Part shown: in pieces, positions 1 through 8,434 of the stretch
Position numbering within the stretch: the first letter of the stretch is position 1
How the letters are laid out: every line of letters begins with the position of its first letter
NCBI GenBank assembly: GCA_028866835.1
Contig: JAGWHJ010000001.1
Location: forward strand, 4,636-68,635
Source of the DNA: Candidatus Micrarchaeota archaeon
Lineage (GTDB): Archaea > Micrarchaeota > Micrarchaeia > Micrarchaeales > CABMGC01
Direction: 5' to 3'
DNA: 64,000 nt
Translations under genes and position numbers: made by a program
The notes under the pieces: model-generated
The model's input: the letters and a program-made list of their open reading frames with translations, nothing else
Databases searched by the model: none
What the model was told of the DNA's origin: nothing

Positions 1-2
1 AG

Positions 3-779
3 TTGCCGATGGTTAGGGAGATAACCACAAAGATGCTCAACATAGATCCTTCGAAGGAGCCGATACCGGTGAGGCCTGCGGCGCATTTCACGATGGGCGG
101 CATAGACAGCGACATAGACGGCCACGTGGTTGACAGTAATGGCCGCGCCATTGCAGGGCTGTGGGCCATCGGGGAGTGTGCGAGCGTCAGCGTGCACGGT
201 GCGAACAGGCTTGGCAGCAATTCCCTGAGCCAATGCTCTGTCTGGGGCAAGATCGTAGGGCGCGAATCGGCAAAGCGCGCAGTGGACATGAAGGCAGAAG
301 CACCGCACAGGGAGGGCGTCATGGAGCAGAGCGATATCTCGATGAAGGAGATTGACAGACTGCTCTCTGCAAAGAACGGCGATGATCCGTACGCTATAAG
401 GGACGAGCTTTTCGACACCATGGACAGCTGCTTCTACGTGTACAGGAATATGCCGGGGATGAGAAATGGTCTGAAGGTGCTCTACAGGCTCCGCGAAAGG
501 TACAAAAAGATAGCATTAAAAGACAAGGGTGCGGTATTCAATACGAACCTCAGGGATGCGCTTGAGATCGGTAACATGCTCGACATAGCCCTGGTCATTG
601 GTGAATGTGCAATAAGGAGGAAGGAGAGCCGCGGCGCGCACGTCGTTGAGGAGCATCCGAAGAGGGATGACAGACACTGGCTCAAGCACACAATAGCCTA
701 CAGGTCCGGAAACGGGATGGACTTCTCTTACAAGCCAGTTACGATAACAAAATGGCAGCCTGAGGAGAGGAAATACTAG
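3..779 (+). CDS. sdhA: succinate dehydrogenase/fumarate reductase flavoprotein subunit, C-terminal part (5' end outside window)
   Basis: Motifs HFTMGGI and GLWAIGECASVSVHGANRLGSNSL, plus the C-terminal ESRGAH helical domain typical of SdhA/FrdA. The ORF is open to the window edge. Confidence 0.9.
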   Translation: MPMVREITTKMLNIDPSKEPIPVRPAAHFTMGGIDSDIDGHVVDSNGRAIAGLWAIGECASVSVHGANRLGSNSLSQCSVWGKIVGRESAKRAVDMKAEAPHREGVMEQSDISMKEIDRLLSAKNGDDPYAIRDELFDTMDSCFYVYRNMPGMRNGLKVLYRLRERYKKIALKDKGAVFNTNLRDALEIGNMLDIALVIGECAIRRKESRGAHVVEEHPKRDDRHWLKHTIAYRSGNGMDFSYKPVTITKWQPEERKY

Positions 780-868
780 GTGTAACAACGAAGGAGACAA
801 CCGATCTTAGGGGCAGGCAACTGGGCATAATAAGGCAGCTGGCCTTCAATGGGGAGGCCTTCCTGCAC

Positions 869-1201
869 ATGATCTTCTATCGCGCTCTCATTATATTTGC
901 ACCGATAGTCGGCATTGTGATAATAGCGGATCTGCTTGCCCCCGGCGCGGCCATAGACAGCGACTTGGAGGTCATGATTGCGATAGTTTGGTTCCTCTTC
1001 ACTGTCCAGGTTTACGAGGAGACGAAGGCAGCCGTAGTGATCGCCACAAAGGGCGCGGTGTACGGCAGGCTTAACGAATCCTTCTCGAGCTATGGGACGA
1101 GCAAGCATTGGCTGAACGCGCTGCTCTGGCTCTTCCCTCCGGCTGCTACAGGCGCGTGGATAATAAGCTTCTTTGTGCTGCTGTACATGTGGTTCATATG
1201 A
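869..1201 (+). CDS. small hydrophobic protein (about 3 TM), candidate SDH membrane anchor
   Basis: 110-aa ORF between sdhA and sdhB with hydrophobic helices. Its stop overlaps the sdhB start as ATGA (1198-1201). No recognisable SdhC/D motif. Confidence 0.4.
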   Translation: MIFYRALIIFAPIVGIVIIADLLAPGAAIDSDLEVMIAIVWFLFTVQVYEETKAAVVIATKGAVYGRLNESFSSYGTSKHWLNALLWLFPPAATGAWIISFFVLLYMWFI

Positions 1202-2220
1202 GGGGATCCAGGGTAGCCATATGGCTTTATGCGGGCATGATAGGGGTCCCTATCCTGCTCTTCGTATTCCTTGTCTTGAACTTTGTAAGTGCTCCTTATT
1301 CAGCAATAGGGATGCGTGCAAGCCTCGCCCTAGCAGCGATGGGGATGATAGCGCTTGGTGCGGTTGGCATGGACGAGGTATTCTTGCACAGGAGGGAGGG
1401 CGCCTTTGGAGAGGTACCGAAGCAGCTGGTCCTGCCAGCGGTGATGAGGGAAAATACAAAGCATATACCAGGCAAGGGCAGGATCATAACAGTGAGGATA
1501 AAGAGGTTCAACAGCACGACCAAGAACTTCGAGACGGAGACGTACCGCGCTAAGGCCGATGAACTGCAGACCGTCCTCGGCGCGCTGCTCGACATCAAGG
1601 CCTACTCGGATCCGACGCTATCGATGAGGTACAGCTGCAGGATGGGCATTTGCGGCTCGTGCGGCATGGAGGTCAACGGCAAGCCGGTTCTCGCGTGCGA
1701 GACGAACCTGCTCAGCAGCCTTGACACGAACGGCGAGATAGAGGTGCAGCCCATGCATGGCCATCCGCTGCTGAAGGACCTTGTCACGGACTTCGACAGC
1801 TTCTTCGAGAAGCATAAGTCGGTAGGGGCCAATCTTTACAGAAAGGATGAGAAGGAGCAGTACGAAGCGAAGAGGATATACAAGCAGACCTCTGGGCAGA
1901 CGGAGAAGTTCCTGCCGTATTCGTTCTGCATAATGTGCGGCCTCTGCCTTGACGCATGCCCGGTGGTCAATTCCAACCCTAACTTTGTCGGGCCCCAGGC
2001 GCTTTCGCAGGTTTACCGCTACAACGCCGATTCCAGGGACCAGGGCGCAGCAAATCGCCTCGTTGGTATAGACAGCATCGATGGCGTGTGGGGCTGCGAG
2101 TTTGCCGGCTCATGCTCGAAGGTCTGCCCGAAGGGCGTAGATCCTGCATCTGCTATACAGCTCCTGAAAGGGGATGCGATGAAGGGCTTCTTTGAGAAGG
2201 GAGATGTGGATGAGGAATAG
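1198..2220 (+). CDS. sdhB: succinate dehydrogenase iron-sulfur subunit with N-terminal 2-TM extension
   Basis: Cluster motifs CRMGICGSCGMEVNGKPVLAC (2Fe-2S), CIMCGLCLDACP (4Fe-4S) and CEFAGSCSKVCP (3Fe-4S). About 95 hydrophobic residues precede them in the same frame with no stop. The ATG at 1198 is coupled to the upstream stop; the track ORF begins at 1108. Confidence 0.8.
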   Translation: MRGSRVAIWLYAGMIGVPILLFVFLVLNFVSAPYSAIGMRASLALAAMGMIALGAVGMDEVFLHRREGAFGEVPKQLVLPAVMRENTKHIPGKGRIITVRIKRFNSTTKNFETETYRAKADELQTVLGALLDIKAYSDPTLSMRYSCRMGICGSCGMEVNGKPVLACETNLLSSLDTNGEIEVQPMHGHPLLKDLVTDFDSFFEKHKSVGANLYRKDEKEQYEAKRIYKQTSGQTEKFLPYSFCIMCGLCLDACPVVNSNPNFVGPQALSQVYRYNADSRDQGAANRLVGIDSIDGVWGCEFAGSCSKVCPKGVDPASAIQLLKGDAMKGFFEKGDVDEE

Positions 2221-3589
2221 AATAGAATCGGACGTCCTTGGCAATGTAAGGATACCCTATGATGCTTATTACGGCTCGGAGACGCAGCGCGCGCTCAACA
2301 ATTTCAAGATCTCGCAGCTCAGGATGCAGCCAGAGCTCATAAAGACATATGCGATGGTAAAGCTTGCGGCTGCGCTCGCCAACATGAGGCTCGGAAAGCT
2401 GGACAGGACAAAGGGCAGAGCCATCTCAAGGGCATGCACGGAGATAATACACGGGAAGTTCGCAGACCAGTTCACAGTGGACGTGTTCCAGGCAGGTGCA
2501 GGCACGAGCACAAACATGAACGTCAACGAGGTCGTTGCAAACCGCGCCATAGAGTTCCTGGGAGGAAAGCGCGGCAACTACAGGCTTGTGCATCCCAACG
2601 ACCATGTCAACATGTCGCAGTCGACAAATGACACAATGCCATCGGTGATAAGGATAGCCACGTATCTCGCAATAAGGAAAAAGCTGATGCCGTCGCTTAA
2701 CATCCTTCGCGGATCCCTGCACCAAAAGGCGACAGGCTTCGAAAAGGTTGTGAAGATAGGCAGGACACACCTCGAGGACGCGGTGCCGATAAGGCTTGGC
2801 CAGGAATTTTCAGGTTACGCGGGCGCTGTCGAGAGATCGATCAGGTCGCTCGAGGCTGCTTCATCGAACCTTCTCGAGCTTCCGCTCGGAGGCACTGCCG
2901 TTGGCACCGGGATAAATGCGGGGCCCATGTACACGAAACAGGTCATGATCGAGCTCGGCAGGATCACGCGTGCGCGCTTCACTGCGGCCAAGAACATCTT
3001 CAATCTGATGCAGAGCCGTACCGACGAGCTCGAGGCGAGCAACGCGATAACTGAGGCTGCCGTCTCGATCAACAAGATCGCCAATGATTTCAGGCTGCTC
3101 AACTCGGGACCGAGGGCGGGCATAGGCGACATAGTCCTTCCCGCGGTGCAGCCGGGCTCGTCGATCATGCCTGGCAAGATAAACCCGAGCATCGCGGAGA
3201 TGGTGAACATGGTCTGCTTCCAGGTGATGGGCTCAAATGAGACGATAAAGCAGGCATCCGAGGCTGGCCAGCTCGAGATAAACGTCTTCATGCCCGTCAT
3301 AGCCTACAATCTGCTCTTCTCGATAGAGATACTCTCGAATGCGTCAAGGACCTTCGAAGCCAGATGCATAAAGGGGATAAGGGCGAACACCGGCGCCATA
3401 AACCAGCATCTTGAGAGGAACCTGTCGCTTGCGACTGCACTTACTCCGGTAATAGGCTACAAGAAGGCATCAAGGATAGCAAGGGTCGCGTATCTTAAGA
3501 ACAAGACGGTCAAGCAGGTCTGCCTTGAGATGAAGGTGCTTGACGAAAAGACACTTGACAGGCTTCTGGACCCGCACAGCGTACATTGA
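2210..3589 (+). CDS. class II fumarate hydratase / aspartate ammonia-lyase family enzyme
   Basis: Signature GSSIMPGKINP, SQSTND and N-terminal RIESDVLG. It overlaps the sdhB stop. Motifs are mixed between fumarase (PGK) and aspartase (SQSTND, VCFQV). The start could also be 2192 or 2204. Confidence 0.85.
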   Translation: MRNRIESDVLGNVRIPYDAYYGSETQRALNNFKISQLRMQPELIKTYAMVKLAAALANMRLGKLDRTKGRAISRACTEIIHGKFADQFTVDVFQAGAGTSTNMNVNEVVANRAIEFLGGKRGNYRLVHPNDHVNMSQSTNDTMPSVIRIATYLAIRKKLMPSLNILRGSLHQKATGFEKVVKIGRTHLEDAVPIRLGQEFSGYAGAVERSIRSLEAASSNLLELPLGGTAVGTGINAGPMYTKQVMIELGRITRARFTAAKNIFNLMQSRTDELEASNAITEAAVSINKIANDFRLLNSGPRAGIGDIVLPAVQPGSSIMPGKINPSIAEMVNMVCFQVMGSNETIKQASEAGQLEINVFMPVIAYNLLFSIEILSNASRTFEARCIKGIRANTGAINQHLERNLSLATALTPVIGYKKASRIARVAYLKNKTVKQVCLEMKVLDEKTLDRLLDPHSVH

Positions 3590-3592
3590 GGG

Positions 3593-4114
3593 TCAAGGCG
3601 GATAGCGGCTGCTGGTGTAGAAAGGAGATACGAATACTGTTCCGCTGCCAGTGGTGTTGAATGTCTCGTTGCTGCATACTGCACCCTGGCATACGGCGTA
3701 GCTGATTATGAACCGCGGCTGGAGCTGCTGGCCTATGCGGGTCTTTATTCCCAGGAGGGTTGAATTACAGACAGCGGTGGCTCCCTCCGAGAGATTCAGC
3801 GGCACGCATCCGCCGAAATATTCGCTTCCTGCGAACAGATATGGCTCTATGCCGAAGCTGTCAGGAACTATCCTTATGTTCGTTCCGAGCCCGTTCGTGA
3901 ATATGACAACCCCCTTTGTCCCGGTGCTGTTGCTCAATATCGCCATGGTATCGCAGTTGAGTGCTGTGCTTATGTAGCATGAGGATGCCTGGAATGTAGA
4001 TGAGGGCGAGGTGTTCAGGATGTTTATGGCGACAGCCGATATTATCACGGCTAGCACTACGAATGTCCACACGTACGCCCACAGGTATTCGATGCCGCTC
4101 TGCGCTTTCATCAA
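3593..4114 (-). CDS. class III signal peptide (archaeal type IV pilin-like) protein
   Basis: N-terminus MMKAQSGIEYLWAYVWTFVVLAVIISAV has a short basic leader, the KAQS processing motif and a hydrophobic helix. The remainder is secreted-like with N-x-S/T sequons. Confidence 0.65.
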   Translation of the reverse strand: MMKAQSGIEYLWAYVWTFVVLAVIISAVAINILNTSPSSTFQASSCYISTALNCDTMAILSNSTGTKGVVIFTNGLGTNIRIVPDSFGIEPYLFAGSEYFGGCVPLNLSEGATAVCNSTLLGIKTRIGQQLQPRFIISYAVCQGAVCSNETFNTTGSGTVFVSPFYTSSRYPP

Positions 4115-4188
4115 GACTTACCCTCGCCGGAAAACATTTGCACTAACCAGATTATATACAATCATGCAGATATTTTAATAATTCGGAT

Positions 4189-5487
4189 TCAGTTGTTGCC
4201 GAATAGATTCCCTATGACGAAGTCGGGGTCGTACGCTACAAGGTCCTCGTACCTCTCCCCGGTCCCGAAGAACAGGATCGGCACTGTAGTATCCCCCAGT
4301 ATGGAGAGCGTGTTGCCGCCCTTTGCATCGACGTCCAGCTTCGTGAGGATTATGCCGTCAATCGTCACGGCCTCGTGGATTACCCTCACCTGCTCCAGAA
4401 GCGAGTTGCCCGCTATGCTCTCGCCGACGAATATCTTCATGTCAGGCTTTGCTATCCTCACCATCTTCTTGAGCTCCTCGATGAGGCTCTTGTTCGTCTC
4501 CTGCCTTCCCGCGCTGTCCATCAGGACAACGTCTACGCCGTGCGCCTTCGCGTGTGCTATCGCATCGAAGGCCACGCTAGCAGGATCTGCACCGTACTTT
4601 CCTTTTATGACGCGTATTCCCAGGCGGTCCGCATGGACCGCGGTCTGCTCGATCGCGGCTGCCCTGAAAGTATCGCTCGCTGAGAAGACGCAGGATAGTC
4701 CATTGTCCGACATCATCTTCGCGACCTTCGCCATCGTGGTCGTCTTGCCTGCGCCATTGGGGCCGATGAACAGGACCTTGAACGGAATGTCGCCTGATGA
4801 TTTCTTCGATCTTGCAAGGCTGACCAGATTTACGCCGCTTCCCTTGACAAGTATGCCCTTCACGGATTCCTTGATGGCATCGGATATCTGCGAGTTTACG
4901 TCACGCGAGTTTACCACCTTCCCGACAAGGGCCGTGTGTATCCCGTCGGTTATCCTCTCAGCCACGTCGTAGTTAACGTCGGATTCGAGAAGGTCGATCC
5001 TTAGGCCCTCCATGAAGGGCTCCACGTCCTTCTCGCTTATCTTTACCTGGCCGAATACGAAGCCCTTTATCTTTGTGGTGAAGCTGACATCCGCTTTCTT
5101 CGTCTCGAGGGGCTTTGCGTGCGCCTGAACCCTGGCCTCGGCCTTCTTGGCTACATTTTCTTCATTGCGTGATGGTTCCGGAATGGGCTCATGCAGGGTT
5201 TTTTCAGTGGCGGAGGGCTGCTGGATATGTTCGGCGTGCTTTGCCTCCGCATGATGTGCAGGCTTTTCGGTGATGGCAGGCTTTGCAACTGGTTCAGCGT
5301 GCCTTGCCTCTGCATAGTGCACTGGATGTTCGGGTATCTCCTTTGGCTTGGCCGCTTCCTGCAGCTTCTTTTCGGGCCCCGGAGCCGGAGCAGCCTCTGT
5401 CTGTTCCTTCTCCTGGCTCTTCTCCTTTTCCCTGTCGGAAAGCTTGTTTATAAGATTAGAGAACCTTTTCTTAAGTCCTTCAAACAT
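4189..5487 (-). CDS. ftsY: signal recognition particle receptor FtsY
   Basis: NG domain motifs GPNGAGKTTT, DSAGRQ and TKLDVDAKGG, with a charged, repeat-containing N-terminal A domain. Confidence 0.95.
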   Translation of the reverse strand: MFEGLKKRFSNLINKLSDREKEKSQEKEQTEAAPAPGPEKKLQEAAKPKEIPEHPVHYAEARHAEPVAKPAITEKPAHHAEAKHAEHIQQPSATEKTLHEPIPEPSRNEENVAKKAEARVQAHAKPLETKKADVSFTTKIKGFVFGQVKISEKDVEPFMEGLRIDLLESDVNYDVAERITDGIHTALVGKVVNSRDVNSQISDAIKESVKGILVKGSGVNLVSLARSKKSSGDIPFKVLFIGPNGAGKTTTMAKVAKMMSDNGLSCVFSASDTFRAAAIEQTAVHADRLGIRVIKGKYGADPASVAFDAIAHAKAHGVDVVLMDSAGRQETNKSLIEELKKMVRIAKPDMKIFVGESIAGNSLLEQVRVIHEAVTIDGIILTKLDVDAKGGNTLSILGDTTVPILFFGTGERYEDLVAYDPDFVIGNLFGNN

Positions 5488-5505
5488 GCAGAACCCAGCT
5501 TATGG

Positions 5506-5964
5506 CTACTCGATGCCCGAGCCGGCCAGCTGCTGCTGGAGTGCGGTCATCTTGTACGCTATCTCTATCAGCTCGCCCTCAACCTTCCTCTTGTCGGCAG
5601 TAAGCCTGTTTAGCAGTTGCTCGCCCTTTGCCTCGTTCTCCTTCAGGAATTCGATTGCCTGCGGGACCTTCTTCTCGACCATGTATCCCGCGCCGATGTA
5701 GACGAGCACCCTCTTCATGTCCGCTATCCTCCCGTCTATGTAGGTGCCCCCCTCGCAGTCGATAAGTATGTTCGTGCCCTTAACCATGTCCGATTTGCCC
5801 AGCAGCTCTATGTTGTTGCGCAGGGAGCTCTGAGCTATCGTGTAAGTGGCTATGTTGTCCTCTAGCGCCTGGTACTGCTGGCTGTATATCTGCTGCAGGT
5901 ACTGCAGCTGACCGAGCAGTTCGCGCGGATCCATGCTTGCCGCCGCATTCCCCTCTTCTGCCAT
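5506..5964 (-). CDS. pfdA: prefoldin alpha subunit
   Basis: Coiled-coil, beta-hairpin, coiled-coil layout with VYIGAGYMVEKK in the centre. It sits in the conserved position between ftsY and aIF6. Confidence 0.8.
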   Translation of the reverse strand: MAEEGNAAASMDPRELLGQLQYLQQIYSQQYQALEDNIATYTIAQSSLRNNIELLGKSDMVKGTNILIDCEGGTYIDGRIADMKRVLVYIGAGYMVEKKVPQAIEFLKENEAKGEQLLNRLTADKRKVEGELIEIAYKMTALQQQLAGSGIE

Positions 5965-6011
5965 TTAATCACGCGGTATTATCTTGACAATTGAACATAT
6001 AAACGTTGACC

Positions 6012-6677
6012 TCAGAGGCCGAGCGCGTCGGTTATCCTCGATAGTTCGTAGCCCGTCGTCTGGTCGCCGACCACCGCGCCCTTCGAGTTGGCGATTATGC
6101 AGAGCCCGACGTTCGGGGAGCCCATGTTGGCCGTAGTCTGAGATACGCTTCCGACAAGCTTCATTATGGCCTCCTCCTCGTGCTCCGTTGTCCTGTTGTT
6201 CAGCACCATGCCATTGTTCGTTAGCTTGTTGTTTGCACCGACCGTCCCGAAGCCCCCTGTCGAGAGCCTCACGACCTCCACGTCGAGAGCATCGCCGATC
6301 TGCTTCATCTCACGGGCATCGTATTCGGGATTGACTATCGCGATCCTGTCGTTTGCAAGTATGTTGTTCCCCAATGCGTTGAGGTCGGTCTTGATGGTCT
6401 CTATATTGATGCCCGGCAGCTCCCTTCTGAGGAGCGCAATCTCGTCGCGCCTCGCAAGTTCGGGCACAAGCACGCCATTCGAGTTGGCAACAGCGAAGAT
6501 GCCTACGAGGTCGGAGCTGTCCACGGTGATGCGTATGGCCCTGGCGTCGAGATTCTCCCTTATGAGGCGCTCGTCGCCGGATGAGAGCATGCTCCCTATC
6601 AGTACGTATCCATCCGCCGCAGTTGCGAATGCACCCACATAGTCGTTGCCATGCACGGTGCCCTTAGCTACACCCAT
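6012..6677 (-). CDS. eif6: translation initiation factor 6 (aIF6)
   Basis: 221 aa with the five-fold pseudo-repeat pattern GNDYVGAF, LVGIFAVANSNG and VGANNKLTNNG typical of eIF6. Confidence 0.9.
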   Translation of the reverse strand: MGVAKGTVHGNDYVGAFATAADGYVLIGSMLSSGDERLIRENLDARAIRITVDSSDLVGIFAVANSNGVLVPELARRDEIALLRRELPGINIETIKTDLNALGNNILANDRIAIVNPEYDAREMKQIGDALDVEVVRLSTGGFGTVGANNKLTNNGMVLNNRTTEHEEEAIMKLVGSVSQTTANMGSPNVGLCIIANSKGAVVGDQTTGYELSRITDALGL

Positions 6678-6695
6678 TGGTATTGCCTGTTGGAA

Positions 6696-7124
6696 TTAAC
6701 TCTTAGGAGCTTCGGGCGGTTTGGCGCTTGGCTGTGCGGCGGTCTTCTTCTCGTCGGCCTTCGGCTTCTGCTGCGGAGGCTGCCCCTTTGCGGCTGGCTG
6801 CTTCTGCGCTGGCGCAGCCTTTGCCTGGGCTGCAGGCTTTGCGGCATTTGCAGCAGGCTTCGCCTCGGGCTTCTTCTCCTCGAAGAGCTTCACTGTGACA
6901 ACCCCTCCTATCTTGTCCACGCTCAGCTTGAGCGGCTTGAACCTTCTCGAAACGTTCCTAAATATGTACTCGTTAACCTTTGTATCGATCTTGACGGCAT
7001 CGGACGGGACGCGCTCCTGCCTCCCAATTGTCTCCCTGAGGTAATCTGGGGCCTTTGACCTTATCCTGGTCGAATGTATCTTTACCAGGCTGCTCCTTAG
7101 TTTTACCGTGACGGTCTTTGCCAT
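6696..7124 (-). CDS. rpl31e: 50S ribosomal protein L31e with Lys/Ala/Pro-rich C-terminal tail
   Basis: The N-terminal 80 aa match the L31e pattern (RSKAPDYLRETI, KIDTKVNEYIFRN, RFKPLKLSV). A low-complexity tail of about 60 aa follows. Confidence 0.85.
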   Translation of the reverse strand: MAKTVTVKLRSSLVKIHSTRIRSKAPDYLRETIGRQERVPSDAVKIDTKVNEYIFRNVSRRFKPLKLSVDKIGGVVTVKLFEEKKPEAKPAANAAKPAAQAKAAPAQKQPAAKGQPPQQKPKADEKKTAAQPSAKPPEAPKS

Positions 7125-7128
7125 GATA

Positions 7129-7287
7129 TCATGCCTTTATCCTTAGCTTCCTTCTCCTCCAGTCGCGCTGGAACTTGTTGTACTGTACTCGCCTGTGCGT
7201 CTTGAGCATGGCCAATGCAGGTATCCTTCCGTTCCTCTTCCTCCTGTTGCCCAGGATCATCTTCTTTTTCTGGCTCTTCTTGCCCAT
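7129..7287 (-). CDS. rpl39e: 50S ribosomal protein L39e
   Basis: Hand-translated 52-aa ORF absent from the track: MGKKSQKKKMILGNRRKRNGRIPALAMLKTHRRVQYNKFQRDWRRRKLRIKA. It lies in the conserved position upstream of L31e. Confidence 0.85.
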   Translation of the reverse strand: MGKKSQKKKMILGNRRKRNGRIPALAMLKTHRRVQYNKFQRDWRRRKLRIKA

Positions 7288-7291
7288 ATCA

Positions 7292-7618
7292 TCACTTGTG
7301 CTTGAACTCTATTCTTGTTTCAGGCTTGCTCGTGAGCTTGCCGAGAACGTCCTTGAGCTGCTGCTCGGTAAGCTTCCCGTAGAGCTTCTTGCTCTGAACC
7401 ATCGCAATTATGAGGTCGACAAGCTGCGAATACAGCTCGTAGTTTGAAACACGCACATTCATCAGCCTTTCATAGGCATCCGGCATTATGAACTTCCTTA
7501 TTATGGACCGCTTCTGCTGCTCTATCTGCAGTTCGCGCAGCCTCTTTGCCATCGCTTGCCTTACTTTCTGCTGTTCCTCGTTGTTGCCTTCATTCTCGCT
7601 CTCTTGCGCCAACTTCAA
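7292..7618 (-). CDS. DNA-binding protein, PDCD5/TFAR19 family
   Basis: The pattern IIRKFIMPDAYERLMNVRV...LTEQQLKDVL matches the archaeal dsDNA-binding PDCD5-like family. It sits in the conserved neighbourhood between S19e and L39e. Confidence 0.7.
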   Translation of the reverse strand: MKLAQESENEGNNEEQQKVRQAMAKRLRELQIEQQKRSIIRKFIMPDAYERLMNVRVSNYELYSQLVDLIIAMVQSKKLYGKLTEQQLKDVLGKLTSKPETRIEFKHK

Positions 7619-8031
7619 GCACCCTTGCTTATCTCGTTAGCTATCTTGTCAAGGAAGGACTTTCCCGTGCTCGTTATGACCCTTCCCTGCTTCGTGCTCT
7701 TCACGTATCCGAGCTTCTCAAGGGCAGTGAACGCATCCTTTATGATGCTGCCTCCTGCCCTGTAGTTGTGGTGCCTAGTAACTACGTGGCCTTTCTTGCT
7801 TCCGTACTTGAGCCTGAGCTTCGAGATGCCGACAGGCCCGTTTATGTAGACCTGCCTTATGACCGAGGCGCACCTGACGTACCAGAAATCCGGGTCTGCC
7901 GGTGGCCTCTCCCTGCCGGAGCCCGTCTTGACAAGCTGTATGTAAGGCGGCTTCTTTATGCCTGCCGTCTTCAGCTTCTCTGCCGTCCGCTTTATAAGCT
8001 CCGCGGTATCAACTTCAAAAACGTTTGCCAA
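7615..8031 (-). CDS. rps19e: 30S ribosomal protein S19e
   Basis: PPDPDFWYVRCASVIRQVY and GGSIIKDAFTALEKLGYV are typical S19e motifs. Confidence 0.9.
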   Translation of the reverse strand: MANVFEVDTAELIKRTAEKLKTAGIKKPPYIQLVKTGSGRERPPADPDFWYVRCASVIRQVYINGPVGISKLRLKYGSKKGHVVTRHHNYRAGGSIIKDAFTALEKLGYVKSTKQGRVITSTGKSFLDKIANEISKGA

Positions 8032-8145
8032 TATAACACCCTGTAGGATGCGTGCCTATCTATAAGATGCAGTAGATATATAATTATTCTGCTGTCTTAA
8101 TATGTACAATAAGCAGCACATTAGTATCTAAAATGAAGCTTATAA

Positions 8146-8430
8146 ATGTTTATGGTGGATCCCATGAAGGCAAATTTTATAGAGGATGAGACGAAAAGCC
8201 TGATTGTTGAATTCAGCGGCATTGACAGGAGCGTGCTCGAACTGATAAAGAGCAAGCTCATGGAGAGCAAGGACATCGAGTTCGTCAGCGTGAACAAGGA
8301 GCATCCGGAGACCGGCACACCGCGCCTGATCGTTAAGTCCAGCAAGAATGCAAGGTCGCTTGTCCTGAAGGCGATAGAGGAGGCCCAGGAGGAGATGAAG
8401 GAGCTGGCCTCGCACGTGCCGAAGAAGTAA
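8146..8430 (+). CDS. rpoL: DNA-directed RNA polymerase subunit L (Rpo11)
   Basis: Small protein whose SVLELIKSKLMESKDIEFVSVNKEHPETGTPRLIVKS matches the RpoL/Rpb11 pattern (HT..N.L...L..d..V.fa.Y...HP). A TATA-like cttataaa at 8137-8144 suggests the real, possibly leaderless, start is the ATG at 8164. Confidence 0.65.
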   Translation: MFMVDPMKANFIEDETKSLIVEFSGIDRSVLELIKSKLMESKDIEFVSVNKEHPETGTPRLIVKSSKNARSLVLKAIEEAQEEMKELASHVPKK

Positions 8431-8434
8431 TCCG

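Noticed and set aside
1108-1197. 5' extension of the sdhB ORF
   Set aside because: It overlaps the 110-aa membrane ORF in another frame. The ATG at 1198 forms an ATGA coupling with that ORF's stop.
4193-4972. 259-aa plus-strand ORF
   Set aside because: It is antisense to ftsY, which carries all SRP-GTPase motifs.
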